64,000 nt of DNA from the human T2T-CHM13v2.0 reference genome, Homo sapiens. A program made the translations under genes and the position numbers. Positions 1-14,870 of this stretch are shown one piece after another; the first letter of the stretch is position 1, and the number at the start of each line of letters is the position of its first letter. Below the pieces are notes generated by a model. The model was not told the DNA's origin. It did no database searches and was given only the letters and a program-made list of their open reading frames with translations. The DNA lies in assembly GCF_009914755.1 (NCBI RefSeq), contig NC_060947.1; one strand, given 5' to 3'.

Positions 1-230
1 GGAAAAATAATACTGCCTTTATTCACAGAAAATGTAATTATCTATCCAGAAAATATAAAAGAATCTATAAGAGACTACTAGATATAATTAGTGACTGGCA
101 AAGTTTAAGAACATAAGATCAATATATAGAAATTGTTTTTTTTCCTTGCCTTGCTATAAAAAAAATCAACTGTATTTTTATACACAATAGTGAAGAACAG
201 GAAAATGAAATTTTTAAAAGCACCAGTTGT

Positions 231-525
231 GGCCAGGCGCGGTGGCTTATGCCTGTAATCCTAGCACTTTGGGAGTCCAAGGTGGGCAGATCACGAGGTC
301 AAGAGATTGAGGCCATCCTCGCCAACATGGTGAAACCCCGTCTATACTAAAAATACAAAAATTCGCTGGGCGTGGTGGAGCACACCTGTAGTCCCAGTTA
401 CTCGGGAGGCTGAGGCAGAAGAATTGCTTGATTGCTTGAACCCGGGAAGTGGAGGTTGCAGTGAGCTGAGATTTTCCAGCCTGGCAACAGAGCAAGACTC
501 CATCTCAAAAAAAAAAAAAAAAAAA
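231..525 (+). mobile_element. Alu (AluSc-like)
   Basis: Dimer with A tail; TSD AAAAGCACCAGTT. Confidence 0.95.
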
Positions 526-1269
526 GCACCAGTTACTACAGCACCAAGAAACATGTGATACTGAGGGATCAATCTAACAAAGTATTATAAGATTTGTACG
601 TTGAAAAGTATCAAAAACACTGATGAGAGAAATCAAAGACTTCCTTGCAGAGATACACTGTGTTCATGGATCAGAAGACTCAATATCATCAGTATTGCAA
701 TTCTCCTCCAAATTATCTATAGATTTTAATTCACAGCAAATAAAATCCCGTTTCTTTTTCAAAAATTTATAAGGTAACTCCAAAATTATATGGAAAAAAT
801 AATTTAGGATAACCTAAACAATTTTGTAAAAAAAAAAAGAAACTTGGAGTACTCATACCAATTGATTTCAAGACTTACAATAAAGCTATAATATTCTAGA
901 CAGCGTAGGCAAAAGGGTAACATAGATCAATGAAACAAAATAAAAATTCCAGAAACTGATCCACACATATATGGTCAATTAATTTTTGACAAGGATGCCA
1001 AGCTAATTCAATAGACAAAGTATAGTTTTTTTCGTCTTATCAACAAATGATGCTGGAACAATTAGATATATCTATATTCAAAAAATGAATCTCAACCTGT
1101 ATCTTGCACTATACATAAAAGTCAACCGGAAATTCATCATAGACTGAAATGTAAACCCTAAAGCTATAAAATTTCTAGAAAAAATAGAAGCAAATATTCA
1201 TGATCCTGAGTTGGGCAACTGTTTCTTAGATAGGACAGAAAAACCATTAACCATAAAAGAAAATATTGA

Positions 1270-1550
1270 GGCCAGGCACAGTGGCTCACGTTTGTAATCT
1301 CAGCCCTCTGGGAGGCCAAGGTGGGAGGATCTCTTCAGGAGTTTGAGACCAGCCAGGGCAACATAATAAAACCCTGTTTCTACAAAAAAAACCACAAAAA
1401 TTAGCTGGGCATGGTGGTGCACACCTATAGTACCAGCTACTCGGGAGGCTGAGGTAGGAGGATTGCTTGAGTTCAGGAGGCCAGCAGTGAGCCATGATTG
1501 AACCAGTGCTCTCCAGCCTGGGTGACAGAACAAGGCCCTGTCTGAAAAAA
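1270..1550 (+). mobile_element. Alu (AluJ-like)
   Basis: Alu dimer consensus. Confidence 0.93.
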
Positions 1551-1608
1551 ACAGACAACACAAGACTGAAAAATGGAACTTCAATCAAAACTTAAAACTA
1601 CTGCTCTT

Positions 1609-2352
<744 letters not shown>

Positions 2353-2733
2353 CAAAGCTGTATAATTTTTCAAAACCCTGCCAAATCAAAAAAATGTTAA
2401 GACACTTGTTCAAAATCATTAGTCATTAGGAAAAATGCAGAATAAAATTACAGTGAGATATTACTATTCACCTACCAGAATGGCTAAAGTTTTAAAGGAC
2501 AGACAATAACAATATTGGTGAGGATATGGAGCAAATGCAACCTTATATGTTGCTGTTAGGAAACAAAAATGGTATAGTCACTTTGAAAAATAGTTGGGCA
2601 GCTTAAGATATAAAGTTAAATACATAGTTTTCATACTACCCAGTATGAAAATGTACCCAGTACATTTCAGTCTATGATGCTTTTATATATTTACTGAAAA
2701 CAGGATATACATCTACACAGAAACCTGAACACA

Positions 2734-3029
2734 GTTTTTTTTTTTTTGGAGACAGGGTCTTACTCTGTTGCCCAGGCTGGAGTGCAGTGGCACAATCTCA
2801 GCACACTGCAACCTCCGCCTCTCGGGTTCAAGCAATTCTCATGCCTCCGCCTCCGAGTAGCTGGGACTATAGGCACACACCGCCACACACAGATAATTTT
2901 TATATTTTTAGTAGAGATGGGGTTTCACCATTTTGGCCAGGCTGGTCTCGAATTCCTGACCTCAAGTAACTCGCTCACCTTGGCCTCCCAAAGTGCTAGG
3001 ATTACAGGTGTGAGCCACCATGCCTGGCC
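2734..3029 (-). mobile_element. Alu (AluS)
   Basis: Reverse dimer with T tract. Confidence 0.95.
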
Positions 3030-4169
3030 TGAACACAAATATTTACAGCACCTTTATTCATAACCACCAAAAAGTGAAAACAGTCCAAATGTCCATCAGC
3101 TACTGGTGAATGGATACACAAATTATAGTGTTATCTCTTTAATGGAATTCTACTCAGCAATGAAAGGCAGCAAACTGGATAAATGCAAGGACATAGATGA
3201 CTCCCAAAAGCATTATGCCAAGTAAAACAAGCCAGACTCAAAGGCTATACATTTTGATCCCATTTATATGGAATTCTAGAAATGACGAAACTGTAAGGGA
3301 CAGAAATCAGATTAGCGGTTGCCAGGGGTTGGCAGTTTAGGGAGGGGACTGACTACAAAGGAGCATGAGGGAACTTTTTAGGTGACAGAAAATTTGATTA
3401 TTTTGATTTCAGTGGTGATTACAATTTATATAATTTTGTCAAAATTCATCGATTTTTACATACCTAAAAAGGGCAAATTTTACTGTATGTAAATTATACC
3501 TCAATAATTCTCAAGAAAAAAGTTGTGTTACAAAAGTAACAACCTCGAAAGAGCCAACTATTTTAGGCAGAGATCTACAACTGATTTGAACTGAAAAGGC
3601 TGATTTCTGATTATAAATTTAAGATCATGATTAAAGCACAGGAAGATATGCAGGGCAGATTAAGTTCATGAAAGTTGTGTATGTGTCTCTCACTGTTAAT
3701 TGATATAATTGTGTAAAAACGGGCTCTGGTAAGAAGGTGAGAAAGGCATAATTAAGAACCAAAATACTCCATTTGGTATTTATTCAAAACAGGCTGACAA
3801 CAGAATAAATGGCCATAATTGTCCTTACAAATTGCTTGAGTTTGTAGATGACTCATTCAAAGAACTGCCTAAGGAGACAGGAATTTTATTCAAGTACTAA
3901 TTCTCCTCACTTCACAACCACTCTGATTTAGAAGAGAAGGGGTGAAGTATTTTTATTCTATGCAATTTCTACCTCTTGATCAGAGTTCTGAAAAGACATA
4001 GTAGAAGCTTATCTTGGCAGCAGAGACAACAGGGTGGGAGAAGATCAAGAGTTTTCTAAAACCCCTAAAGGGCTTTTCTCTCTGTTTTGGCAGGCAGGTA
4101 GCTTATCCAGTAGTGGATAAGCCAGTGTGCATGGTTCTGGCTTTGCAAGGAGCTATGGTCAAAACAGTG

Positions 4170-4460
4170 TGGTTTTGTGTGGTGGTTCACACCTGTAATC
4201 CCAACACTTTGGGAGGCCGAGGCAGGAGGATTCCTTGAAGCCAGGAGTTTGAGACCAGCCTAGGTAACAAAACAAGACCTCATCTCTACAAAAAATTTTT
4301 TTAAAAAGCCAGGCATGGTGGAACATGCCTGTGGTTCCAGCTACTTGGGAGGCTGAGGTGGAAGGATCGCTTGAGCCTAAAAGTTCAAAGCTTCAGTGAG
4401 CTATGAAAATGCCACTGTACTTCAGCCTGGGTGACAGTGTCAGACCCCATCTCTAAATGA
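4170..4460 (+). mobile_element. Alu (AluJ-like)
   Basis: Diverged dimer. Confidence 0.92.
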
Positions 4461-4544
4461 AACAAAACAGTGATAGGATCCATTTAAGTACCATTATCAG
4501 AGCCCCAAGGAAGAAGTAAACTGAAAAACAGACTATAGAAACTT

Positions 4545-5100
4545 GTATTTATTCACTCATTCCTTCATCTATTCATCCAACAATTATTTATGGACTGCCC
4601 ACTCTGGGCCAGGCTCTGTGTTAAACTGAAGACATAAAGATAACCTGGACTGAAGTAGTTTACAATCTTGTGGTGGGCAGGAGTGGGGGGTGTATAAAGT
4701 GCAACAGCATCCAACAGGCTGGAGTACGCCATAACAGAAGAGGAAAATCAGACTTGTGATTTTTCCCCATATACCATTTTCTATCAAGTTCTCAGTGCCC
4801 CAGAGTTCACCAGGAAAGCAAAAATGGCAACCACTCCAGGCAGTGGGAACAGCACATGCAACAGAAGTACAAGTAAGCACAGTGTAGCCAGCAAACTTCA
4901 TTAAGTTCTAGGGTACTAAGAACCTGATAGAAAATAGCATGTAATAAAACTGGAGAAGTAGGCATGAATCAGAAAGGTCGAAGGCTTCATGAGTTATGCC
5001 AAGAAGTTAGATATCCTTGTGGGGTGTGGGGTAAACAATGGGCAGCCTATGAACAGGGGAAGAACAAATCAAGATTTGCATAAAGAAAGATGATTCCAAA
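4545..5100 (-). mobile_element. L2 remnant
   Basis: ATTCATTC-type L2 3' end in reverse followed by a degenerate body. Confidence 0.55.
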
Positions 5101-5211
5101 AGCAAGTCAGAGATTGGCCAAAAAAAAAAAAAAAAAAAAAAGAAGGAAGATGAGGAGTTTCCTGTATTTTAGCTGAAAAGCTGGTGGTGGACTAGAAAGT
5201 TGGTGTTAACT

Positions 5212-5332
5212 AATGGGTACTAGTTTAATACCTGAGTGACAAAATAATCTGTACAGCAAGCCCCCATAAGTTTAACTATATAACAAACCTACACATGTAC
5301 CCCGAACTTAAAATAAAAGTTAAATTAAAAAG
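5212..5332 (+). mobile_element. Severely 5'-truncated L1P 3' end
   Basis: L1PA-type 3' UTR; 18-bp TSD AGAAAGTTGGTGTTAACT at 5194-5211 and 5333-5350. Confidence 0.9.
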
Positions 5333-5787
5333 AGAAAGTTGGTGTTAACTGGAATGGCAGAAAGCCCTCCATGAACCACCCTTCAGTCATGCAGAGAAAA
5401 TGACTCATTCTCCCGCCCAATGTATATCTCTAGCTAGCCATCATGATTGTTTATTCTCTACCCCAACTGGACTAGCAGCTTCCTAGAAACTGGAATGCTC
5501 TCTCTCACTCACACACACATGCATGCACACATACTCATCTCCCCATTGCCTAGCTAAAGGTAGATGTTTAGTAACTGTGCAGACACTAAGGAATGAGTGA
5601 ATAAATAAATGAATGCATTGATGGTTTTGGCACAAGAAACCAATAGAGAGGTACTGCAAAATGCGATTGATGGGTTATCTTGGGAGTTACCAAGCTATCC
5701 ATCTGATGGAAAGTTGAAGTATAAGCTTCTGAGAGTCTTTTTCAATACAAAGATTTCATGATTCTAGTTCTCCCTTGCCCCTAATTA

Positions 5788-6097
<310 letters not shown>

Positions 6098-6994
6098 TAA
6101 AGGTTCCAGAGAAAGAAAACTACTGATTTTCATAATTAAGCTACTGAAGGCAGGCAGCATGGCAGATCAAAAAGTACAGAATGTCAGGTGCTTGGAGGTG
6201 GACCCAGAAGCAAGGCCTAGAAGGAAATCCAAGTGACAAGAGCACATTACTAGAAAAGACAGTGCAGCAACAACCAAAGGTCCAGGCAGGTGAGCAGTGA
6301 GCATGAGGATACTCAGCAAGGTAAAAGCAGACAGAATATAACATCAGGGAAATCTGGTAAAAAGGCAATTAGTGGGTGAGCATCTATAACATCAGGATTG
6401 GGCAGCAAAGACCCAACCACAGGTATGGGTCTAGGCAGAGCTTAAGTTCCCCAGAAGCTTAGCTAAAAAGAAAACATGTTCCTACCTTTGGATGAATTGG
6501 GGTGCCAACCATTGTACCCATAAAAGGACTTCACAGGGGATAAACAGAGTAAGGACCAGTTTCTGGCCCAGAAATACAAGGGCTAGTCTTAATCACAACG
6601 AGCCAGACAACAGCAATCTTACAAAAACATGACCACACAAAGTCAGAATGATACTAGCAAACATGCTGAACTGCTGAGCTAGCAGTCTGAGGTTCCCAAA
6701 ATTCTCTCTAACTCAAGACAGGCTAAGACTCAAAGCCTCATTCAGGGCTGACCTGCCCCAGCTCTGTCCATTGGAAAGCCACGTAGACAGAGAAGCCAAC
6801 AGGCTCACACAGTCCCCCCAACATCAGAGAGTATGAGGCACGCCTCTAAGTTCAAAAGAGGTGCTCAAAAATACCAGTGAAAGAGAATGAGAGCCTGTCA
6901 CACAGAAAGAAAGGAGAAGAGGAATATGGAATCCAGTATACAGAGATCTTGTCTCTGTACATTTACTCCACTCACAACTACTTTTAGGAATGTT

Positions 6995-7279
6995 TGTCGC
7001 CCAGGCTGGAGTGCAAGTGGGGCAATCTCGGCTCACTGCAACCTCTGCCTCCCAGGCTCAAGCGATTTTCGTGCCTCAGCCTCTCGAGCAGCTGGGACTA
7101 CAGAAGCGTGCCACCAAGCCTGGCTAATTTTTGGGTTTTTTTGTTTGGTTGTTTGTTTTTTACTAGAGATGGGGTTTCACCATGTTGGCCAGGCTGGTCT
7201 CGAACTCCTGACCTCAAGTAATCCGCCTGCCTCAGCCTCCCAAAGTGCTGGGATTACAGGCATAAGCCACCAGGCCTGG
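6995..7279 (-). mobile_element. Alu (tail missing)
   Basis: Reverse dimer. Confidence 0.93.
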
Positions 7280-8299
7280 TCAAAAATGCATATCTTAAAA
7301 AGCTCTATGGCCCATAGGTATTACCTAGAAATCTATTCATGTTCACATTTCATATAATTTATTCATTCTCATATTTGTAGTCATATCTAGAAAAAAGAAT
7401 TTGACACCAGGTTAAGATCATGTCCCCAACTATATATGAAACGTTTTGTGGGAAAATCAGATTCCTCTTACATTTTTATCTAATGTACCTTATCATGAGC
7501 ATAACAGGTAACTGGGAAGACAGTCAGTATTGCTACTCTTATTTCCCATTCTGAACCACAGATTTAGATGGTCTTAAGGGGTTTAAGCAATGCTCTGGCC
7601 TTTTTACTCTCACTGTACAGATGAAAATCTGAGGACCATTGAGAAAGTTACATAACAAACTACAAAAAAAAAAAAAAATTGCACAACAAACTAGTGGCAT
7701 AGCCAGCAAAGAAACCCAGATGCCTATGTTCCTTCCATGTTTGCAGTATCATCAAATCTGGTAGAGATGCCTGTCATTAGGAAGTTAAATCCAGTAAAAT
7801 GTATTTACTTATAATTCTTTTTTTTTTTAATAATTCTTAACTCTTTCCAATGAGCTCATATATATAGCCCAACAGAAAATCTGCTCTTTCCATTCACACA
7901 GACCATCGATACTTGATACGACAGAATGGAAATCCACTAGAGCTTACACAATTTAGATTCTCTAACTCCAAAGCAAAAGAAGGCCTCAAGCAACATTATT
8001 TGATTATGAGATTTTGCTGCTGGGAAGAATTAATCAAATTCATCCTAGAGGCTCATCTGCTGCATGACATACTCATTCCTTGATACTGAAACTCCCTAAC
8101 AAATTTCAACACAAGATGTGATGGTGACTTCTTTTCCTAGTACTTTCTGATCTTCATCTGTTACCTTGACTAGCATTTGAAGGAATGAAAATAAGGAGGT
8201 TGCTTTATCCCTAGTATCACACAATCTTTTGTATTTATATTAAAGCTGGGAAGACAGAAAAGGTCTCACTTAAGGACACACTTTTCACTACTTACGAAT

Positions 8300-8712
8300 A
8301 CGAAATAAGTGAAGAAGACAAATACCACATGTTCTCATTCATATGTGAGAGCTACAAAAATGGATCTCATGAAGATAGAGAGTAGACTGGTAGTTATCAG
8401 AGGAAGAGTTTGGGGGAAGGGAAGATGAAGAGAGGTTGATTAATGGGTACAAATATACACTTAGAAGAATAAGACCTAGTGTTTGATACATCAGTAGAGT
8501 GACTATAGTTAACAATAATCTACTGTATATTTCAAAATACCTAGAAAAGAAGATTCCAAATGTTTCCAGCAAAAAAAAAGAGATAAATGTTTAACGTGAT
8601 GGATATCCCAATTACTGATTTGATCATTACACATTTTATGAATGTATCAAAATATTACAGGTATCCCAAAATATGTACATCTATTAATGTATCAATAAAA
8701 ATAATAAAAAAC
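8300..8712 (+). mobile_element. L1MA-type 3' end
   Basis: CACATGTTCTCATTCATATGTGAGAGC...GTATCAATAAAA; template for the mosaic at 9551-9975. Confidence 0.85.
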
Positions 8713-8773
8713 TAAAATTACTGAAGAGGTGAGAAAGTCTAATAACTGGTAAATCATAAATAAAATCACATTC

Positions 8774-8985
8774 TTCGAGACCAGCCTGGCCAACATAGCA
8801 AGACCCCGTCTCTACTAAAAATACAAAATTAGCTGGGTATGGTGGAGCACACCTGTAATCCCAGCTACTCAGGAGGCTAAGGCAGGATAATCACTTGAAC
8901 CCAGGAGGCAGAGGTTGCAGTGAGCCGAGATCATGCCATTGTACTCCAGCCTGGACAAAAAGGGCAAAACTCCATCTCAAAAAAT
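8774..8985 (+). mobile_element. 5'-truncated Alu
   Basis: Starts at TCGAGACCAGCC. Confidence 0.92.
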
Positions 8986-9193
8986 TTTAAAAGTGAGTAC
9001 TAGATTCTTCCACGTGGTAAACGGATATAAGAGATACTGGAAAGTGACAGTGAGGAAAATAATGTAAACCTAAATATCCTTTAGCTTACTTTTTTGGCAT
9101 TTCGCTCAAATTCAGGGAGTTCCCCTAGACCTCATTAGGCAGAACTTAGATTAATAAATTTGTCCAGCAAAAAATCCCTACTTTTAGAATAAG

Positions 9194-9491
9194 TTTTTTT
9201 TTTATTTTTTTGAGACAGAGTCTTGCTCTGTCACTCAGTCTGGAGTGCAGTGGCACGATCTCAGTCACTGTAGTCTCCACCTTTTGGGTTCAAGCGATTC
9301 TCCTGTCTTAGCCTCCTGAGTAGCTGGGATTACAGGTGCGCACCACCACACCCAGCTAATTTTGTATTTTTTGTAGAGACAGGGTTTTGCCATGTTGGCC
9401 AGGCTGGTCTTGAACTCCTGACCTCAAGTGATGCACCTGCCCCAGCCTCCCAAAGTGCTGGGATTACAGGTGTGAGCCATTGCGCCTGGCC
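9194..9491 (-). mobile_element. Alu (AluS)
   Basis: Reverse dimer. Confidence 0.95.
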
Positions 9492-10465
9492 TAGAATAGC
9501 TTATTTTTGTCTATTTGCCTTTTATAGTAGATGTGTCTAAACATAGTGAGATATTTTCATACATTCATGTGTAATGATCAAATCAGAGTAATTGGGATAT
9601 CCATCACCTTATTATAGGCATGCACCACCATACCCAGTTAATTTTTGTCTATTTGGCTTTTATAGTAGACGCATCTAAACACAGTGAGATGTATTTTTTC
9701 TAGTGATAAATCAAACTAGAATCCAAAACTACTAATAATATACTAAAGGTCACCTTAAACACTTATCTCTTTTTTTTGCTGGAAACATTTAGTAGAGACA
9801 AGATTTTGCCATGTTTGAACTCCTGGCCTCAAGCTGTCCGCCCGCCTCAGCTTCCCAAAGTGCTGGGATTATAGGTTGATTAATGGGTACAAACATACAC
9901 TTAGAAGAAATAAGACCTAGTGTTGGATAGATCAGTAGAGTGACTATAGTTAACAATAATCTACTGTATATTTCATTCTGCTGAATGAATAAATAAAATG
10001 AACCATACTCCTCTCCAGAATCAGAGACGGAAAAATCAATACAAATCATTTTTAAAAAGATAACTGTACAGTGTGTAAACCTAAGAAACACTACTTCAGA
10101 AAGGTGACCAAGTTAACATCATCAATGATAAGCCTGTTGACACTATGTACCGTGGATATATGATGAGAATGGCCCTTCACCTCCCTGGTCTTCCTCCCCA
10201 AAATCCACAACTCACATCTAATCATGAGAAAAACATCAGACAAATCCCAATTGAAGGACATTCTACAAAACACCTGACCAGTATTCCTCTAAACTGTCAG
10301 TCACCAAAAACAAGGAAAGTCTGAGAAACTGTCACAGCCAAGAAGAGTCCAAATAAATATGATGACTAAATATGATGTGGTGACCTAGATGGGATCCTGA
10401 AAAAGCAAAAGGACATTTGAGAAATACTAAGGAAATCTGAATGAAGTATGAACTTCAGTTAATTT

Positions 10466-10468
<3 letters not shown>

Positions 10469-10516
<48 letters not shown>

Positions 10517-10537
10517 TTTTTCCCTTTCTTGAGAAAG

Positions 10538-10574
<37 letters not shown>
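10469..10574. repeat. (AC)23 at 10469-10514 and a (TC)n tract at 10540-10574
   Basis: Directly visible. Confidence 0.98.
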
Positions 10575-10577
<3 letters not shown>

Positions 10578-10780
10578 CAGGCTGGAGTGCAGTGGCACAA
10601 TCTCGGCTCACTGCAACCCCAGCCTCTTGGGTTCAGCGATTTTCAAGTCTCAGCCTCCTGGGTAGTCCCAAGCATGCCACCACACCCGGCTAATTTTTTT
10701 GTAATTTTAGTAGAGACGGGGTTTCACCATGTTGGCCAGGCTATTCTCGAACTCCTGACCTCAAGGCCCAGTCAGCCTCC
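10575..10780 (-). mobile_element. Deleted/partial Alu
   Basis: Reverse Alu with internal deletions. Confidence 0.88.
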
Positions 10781-10867
10781 CAATAATAATAATATATTAA
10801 TATTGGCTTATTAATTATGGCAAATGTACCATTCTAATGTAAGATGTTAATAATAAGGGAAACTGAA

Positions 10868-11150
10868 CCAGGTGTGGTGGCTCACGCCTGAAATCCCAGC
10901 ACTTTGGAAGGCCGAGGTGGGCAGATGGCTTGAGCTCAGGAGTTCAAGACCAGCCTGGGCAAAATGGTGACATCACGTCTCTCCTAAAATACAAAAATTA
11001 GCTGGGCATGGTGGTGCATGCCTGTGGTCCCAGCTACTCGGGAGGCTGAGGTGGGAGAACTACTTGAAACGGGAGGCCAAGGTAGCAGTAAGCCGAGATT
11101 GGGCCACTGCACTCCAGCCTGAGAGAGAGTGAGACCCTGTCTCAAAATAA
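10868..11150 (+). mobile_element. Alu (AluJ-like)
   Basis: Dimer; TSD TAATAAGGGAAACTG. Confidence 0.94.
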
Positions 11151-11321
11151 TAAGGGAAACTGGGTATGGGGCATATACAGGTATCCCAAAATATGTACAT
11201 CTATTATGTATCAATAAAAAATAATAAAATATTGTTCACTATTTTTTCTAGTGATAACTCAAACTAGAATCCAAAACTACTAACAATATACTAAAGGTCA
11301 ACTTCAGTGAAAAGTGAATTG

Positions 11322-11646
<325 letters not shown>

Positions 11647-11702
11647 CTACTGGGACAGTCTTTCTGAGAAGTGCTTTAAGTGCATGTTAGAAGCCAGGGA
11701 CA

Positions 11703-11866
11703 TTTAGCCAGGCGTGGTGGCACGTGACTGTAGTCCCAGCTACTCAGGAGGCTGAGGTGGGAGGATCTCTTGAACGGGGAAGTCAAGGCTGCAGTGAGCT
11801 ATGATCATGCCACTGCACTCCAGCCTGGGCAACAGAGCAAAACCCTGTGTCAAAAAAAAAAAAAAA
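11703..11866 (+). mobile_element. Alu right monomer (J/FRAM-like)
   Basis: Right arm plus A tail. Confidence 0.9.
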
Positions 11867-12769
11867 GCAGCAGCAGCCAGGGATATGAATTAGGAGTGGG
11901 GTGGGTAGAGAGTGAGTGGGGCTGCTGGAGACAATGTTCCCATGGCACTGACCCTGGTTAACAGTCTTTGAGCAAGTACTATCACTTGCTGTAATTCCTT
12001 CTTCCTCATCCTTTGCTCCTTTTGAATATGATGATTTCTAGGAATGAACCTTCTTTATGACACATGCTGTATATTATTTGGTTTGAAGCAGGCTTGAATT
12101 TATGTCACTAAGGCAATGTTCTTTTTCAAAGCTCTCGGTTAGTTCTTAAGATATCAGAACCTGCAAAAAGCACGTGTAGGGCTGTTATTATCCCTTCAGA
12201 TCAATAGCTCAGTCACTACTATGAGGTATTAAGAAAGGAATTAGGAAGACAAGCAAATCTTTAGGGCTGCATCTATTCTAGCAAAAGAAGCACAGTAGTG
12301 AAGCACAAACATATTTTAATAAAAACCATTTTAGCAAGTGAGTTCTTACCAAGCAAAGAAATCCTGGGCTACTCTACCCAAATGTTTTCATAAAGGTTTT
12401 AGCTATGAGGCAATCAGATTCCAGGAGCTACAGGCAAACAGAGAAGGCTTGGAGGCTGGGGGATGAGTAGACGTGGGGATGAGTAGATGTGGGCAACAGG
12501 TGGACACAGGAGCATTTACACAAATACGTTAGGTTCCAACTAAGTGCTCCAGAATATTCACTAAAATATTCATTTTAATGTCAAATCCCTTCACAATTTA
12601 AATCAATATTTGAAACATGTCAACTGCATACACCTGTCTCCTAATAAAGTAAAACTTAAAAGGAAATACTGAAAAACAATGGAGAAGGTCTCACTCAGCA
12701 AGAAATGATATTCTTTAGAATCTCCTACTTAAATAACAATCTCTTCTGCTACTCTTAGTGACTTGTTTC

Positions 12770-13655
<886 letters not shown>

Positions 13656-14008
13656 TTTTTTTAAACATTTAAAAAGATTTCTTGGTTATCTCAAGAAAGA
13701 ATCCCCAAACTCTGCTTCTAACCACATATCAGAAAGAGAATCAATGAGCCCTGGACACCTGTTGTACAAGAAAGAAACCTGCAATTAATTTCCTATGGCT
13801 CATCTAATAGTCATCAGATGGAAGTAGTTTTGTCAAAATAGTGTCTTTGAGTCAAACATGAAGTGAATTAAGAGCCAGCGGCAAAATCGGGGATGAGCGA
13901 CCTATTTTAACAATGTGGTCAATCCATCAGCAATAACAACTTGATTGTGTAGCACAATCCTGGAGCCTGAACAGCCAAGGATATGCACATTCAAAAATTG
14001 CTAATGCT

Positions 14009-14323
<315 letters not shown>

Positions 14324-14721
14324 TCACAAAGCTTTAGATACAAAATCAGAAACTACCATCTAAGCTTTAGAGGGAAAAAAAAGTTTTGTCCTTTTACAAT
14401 AAACATTTTTGAAAAAAATTAAAACCCTCCAACAGTTACTATAGAATCCTGGACTTATATGGCAGTATATAAAAGTCAGGAATTCAGGAGGCAGAAGTTG
14501 GAGAACCCTTATTTTTTAAAGTTCAGGTTTGAGTAGACTTGTTTACAGTTCAGTTGGTCAAGCAGAGCTTGTTTACATTCCGGGTAACATCTGAAGACAT
14601 CAACTGATAAAATGGGGAGGGGGCAAAAAGAAGTTCATTACCCAGTGTTGGTAAGAAACAATGCACTTAATTTTGTAAATAGGTAAGGAGGTGTAAACTG
14701 GACTTTATATTTTACTTACCA

Positions 14722-14870
14722 AGTGTTATGAATGTTTGGGTTCCCCCTCCAACCCCAAGTTCTTAATATTGAAATCCTAACCTTCAATATGGTATTAGAA
14801 GGTAGGGCCTTTGAGAGGTGATTAGATCATGGCAGTGAAGCCTGGAGGAGTTAGTGCCCTTAAAAGAAGC
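14722..14870 (+). mobile_element. MaLR LTR (MLT1A/MSTD-like), 5' half; 3' half at ~17563-17773
   Basis: TTGAAATCCTAACC...GCCTTTGAGAGGTGATTAGATCATG; resumes after the ERVL insert and ends GCAGCCTGAAC...AAGACA. Confidence 0.75.

Larger units (their letters stand above)
10065..11175 (+). mobile_element. L1MC/MD-type 3' UTR remnant interrupted by Alus and microsatellites
   Basis: ACATCAGACAAATCCCAATTGAAGGACATTCTACAAAA motif. Confidence 0.75.
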
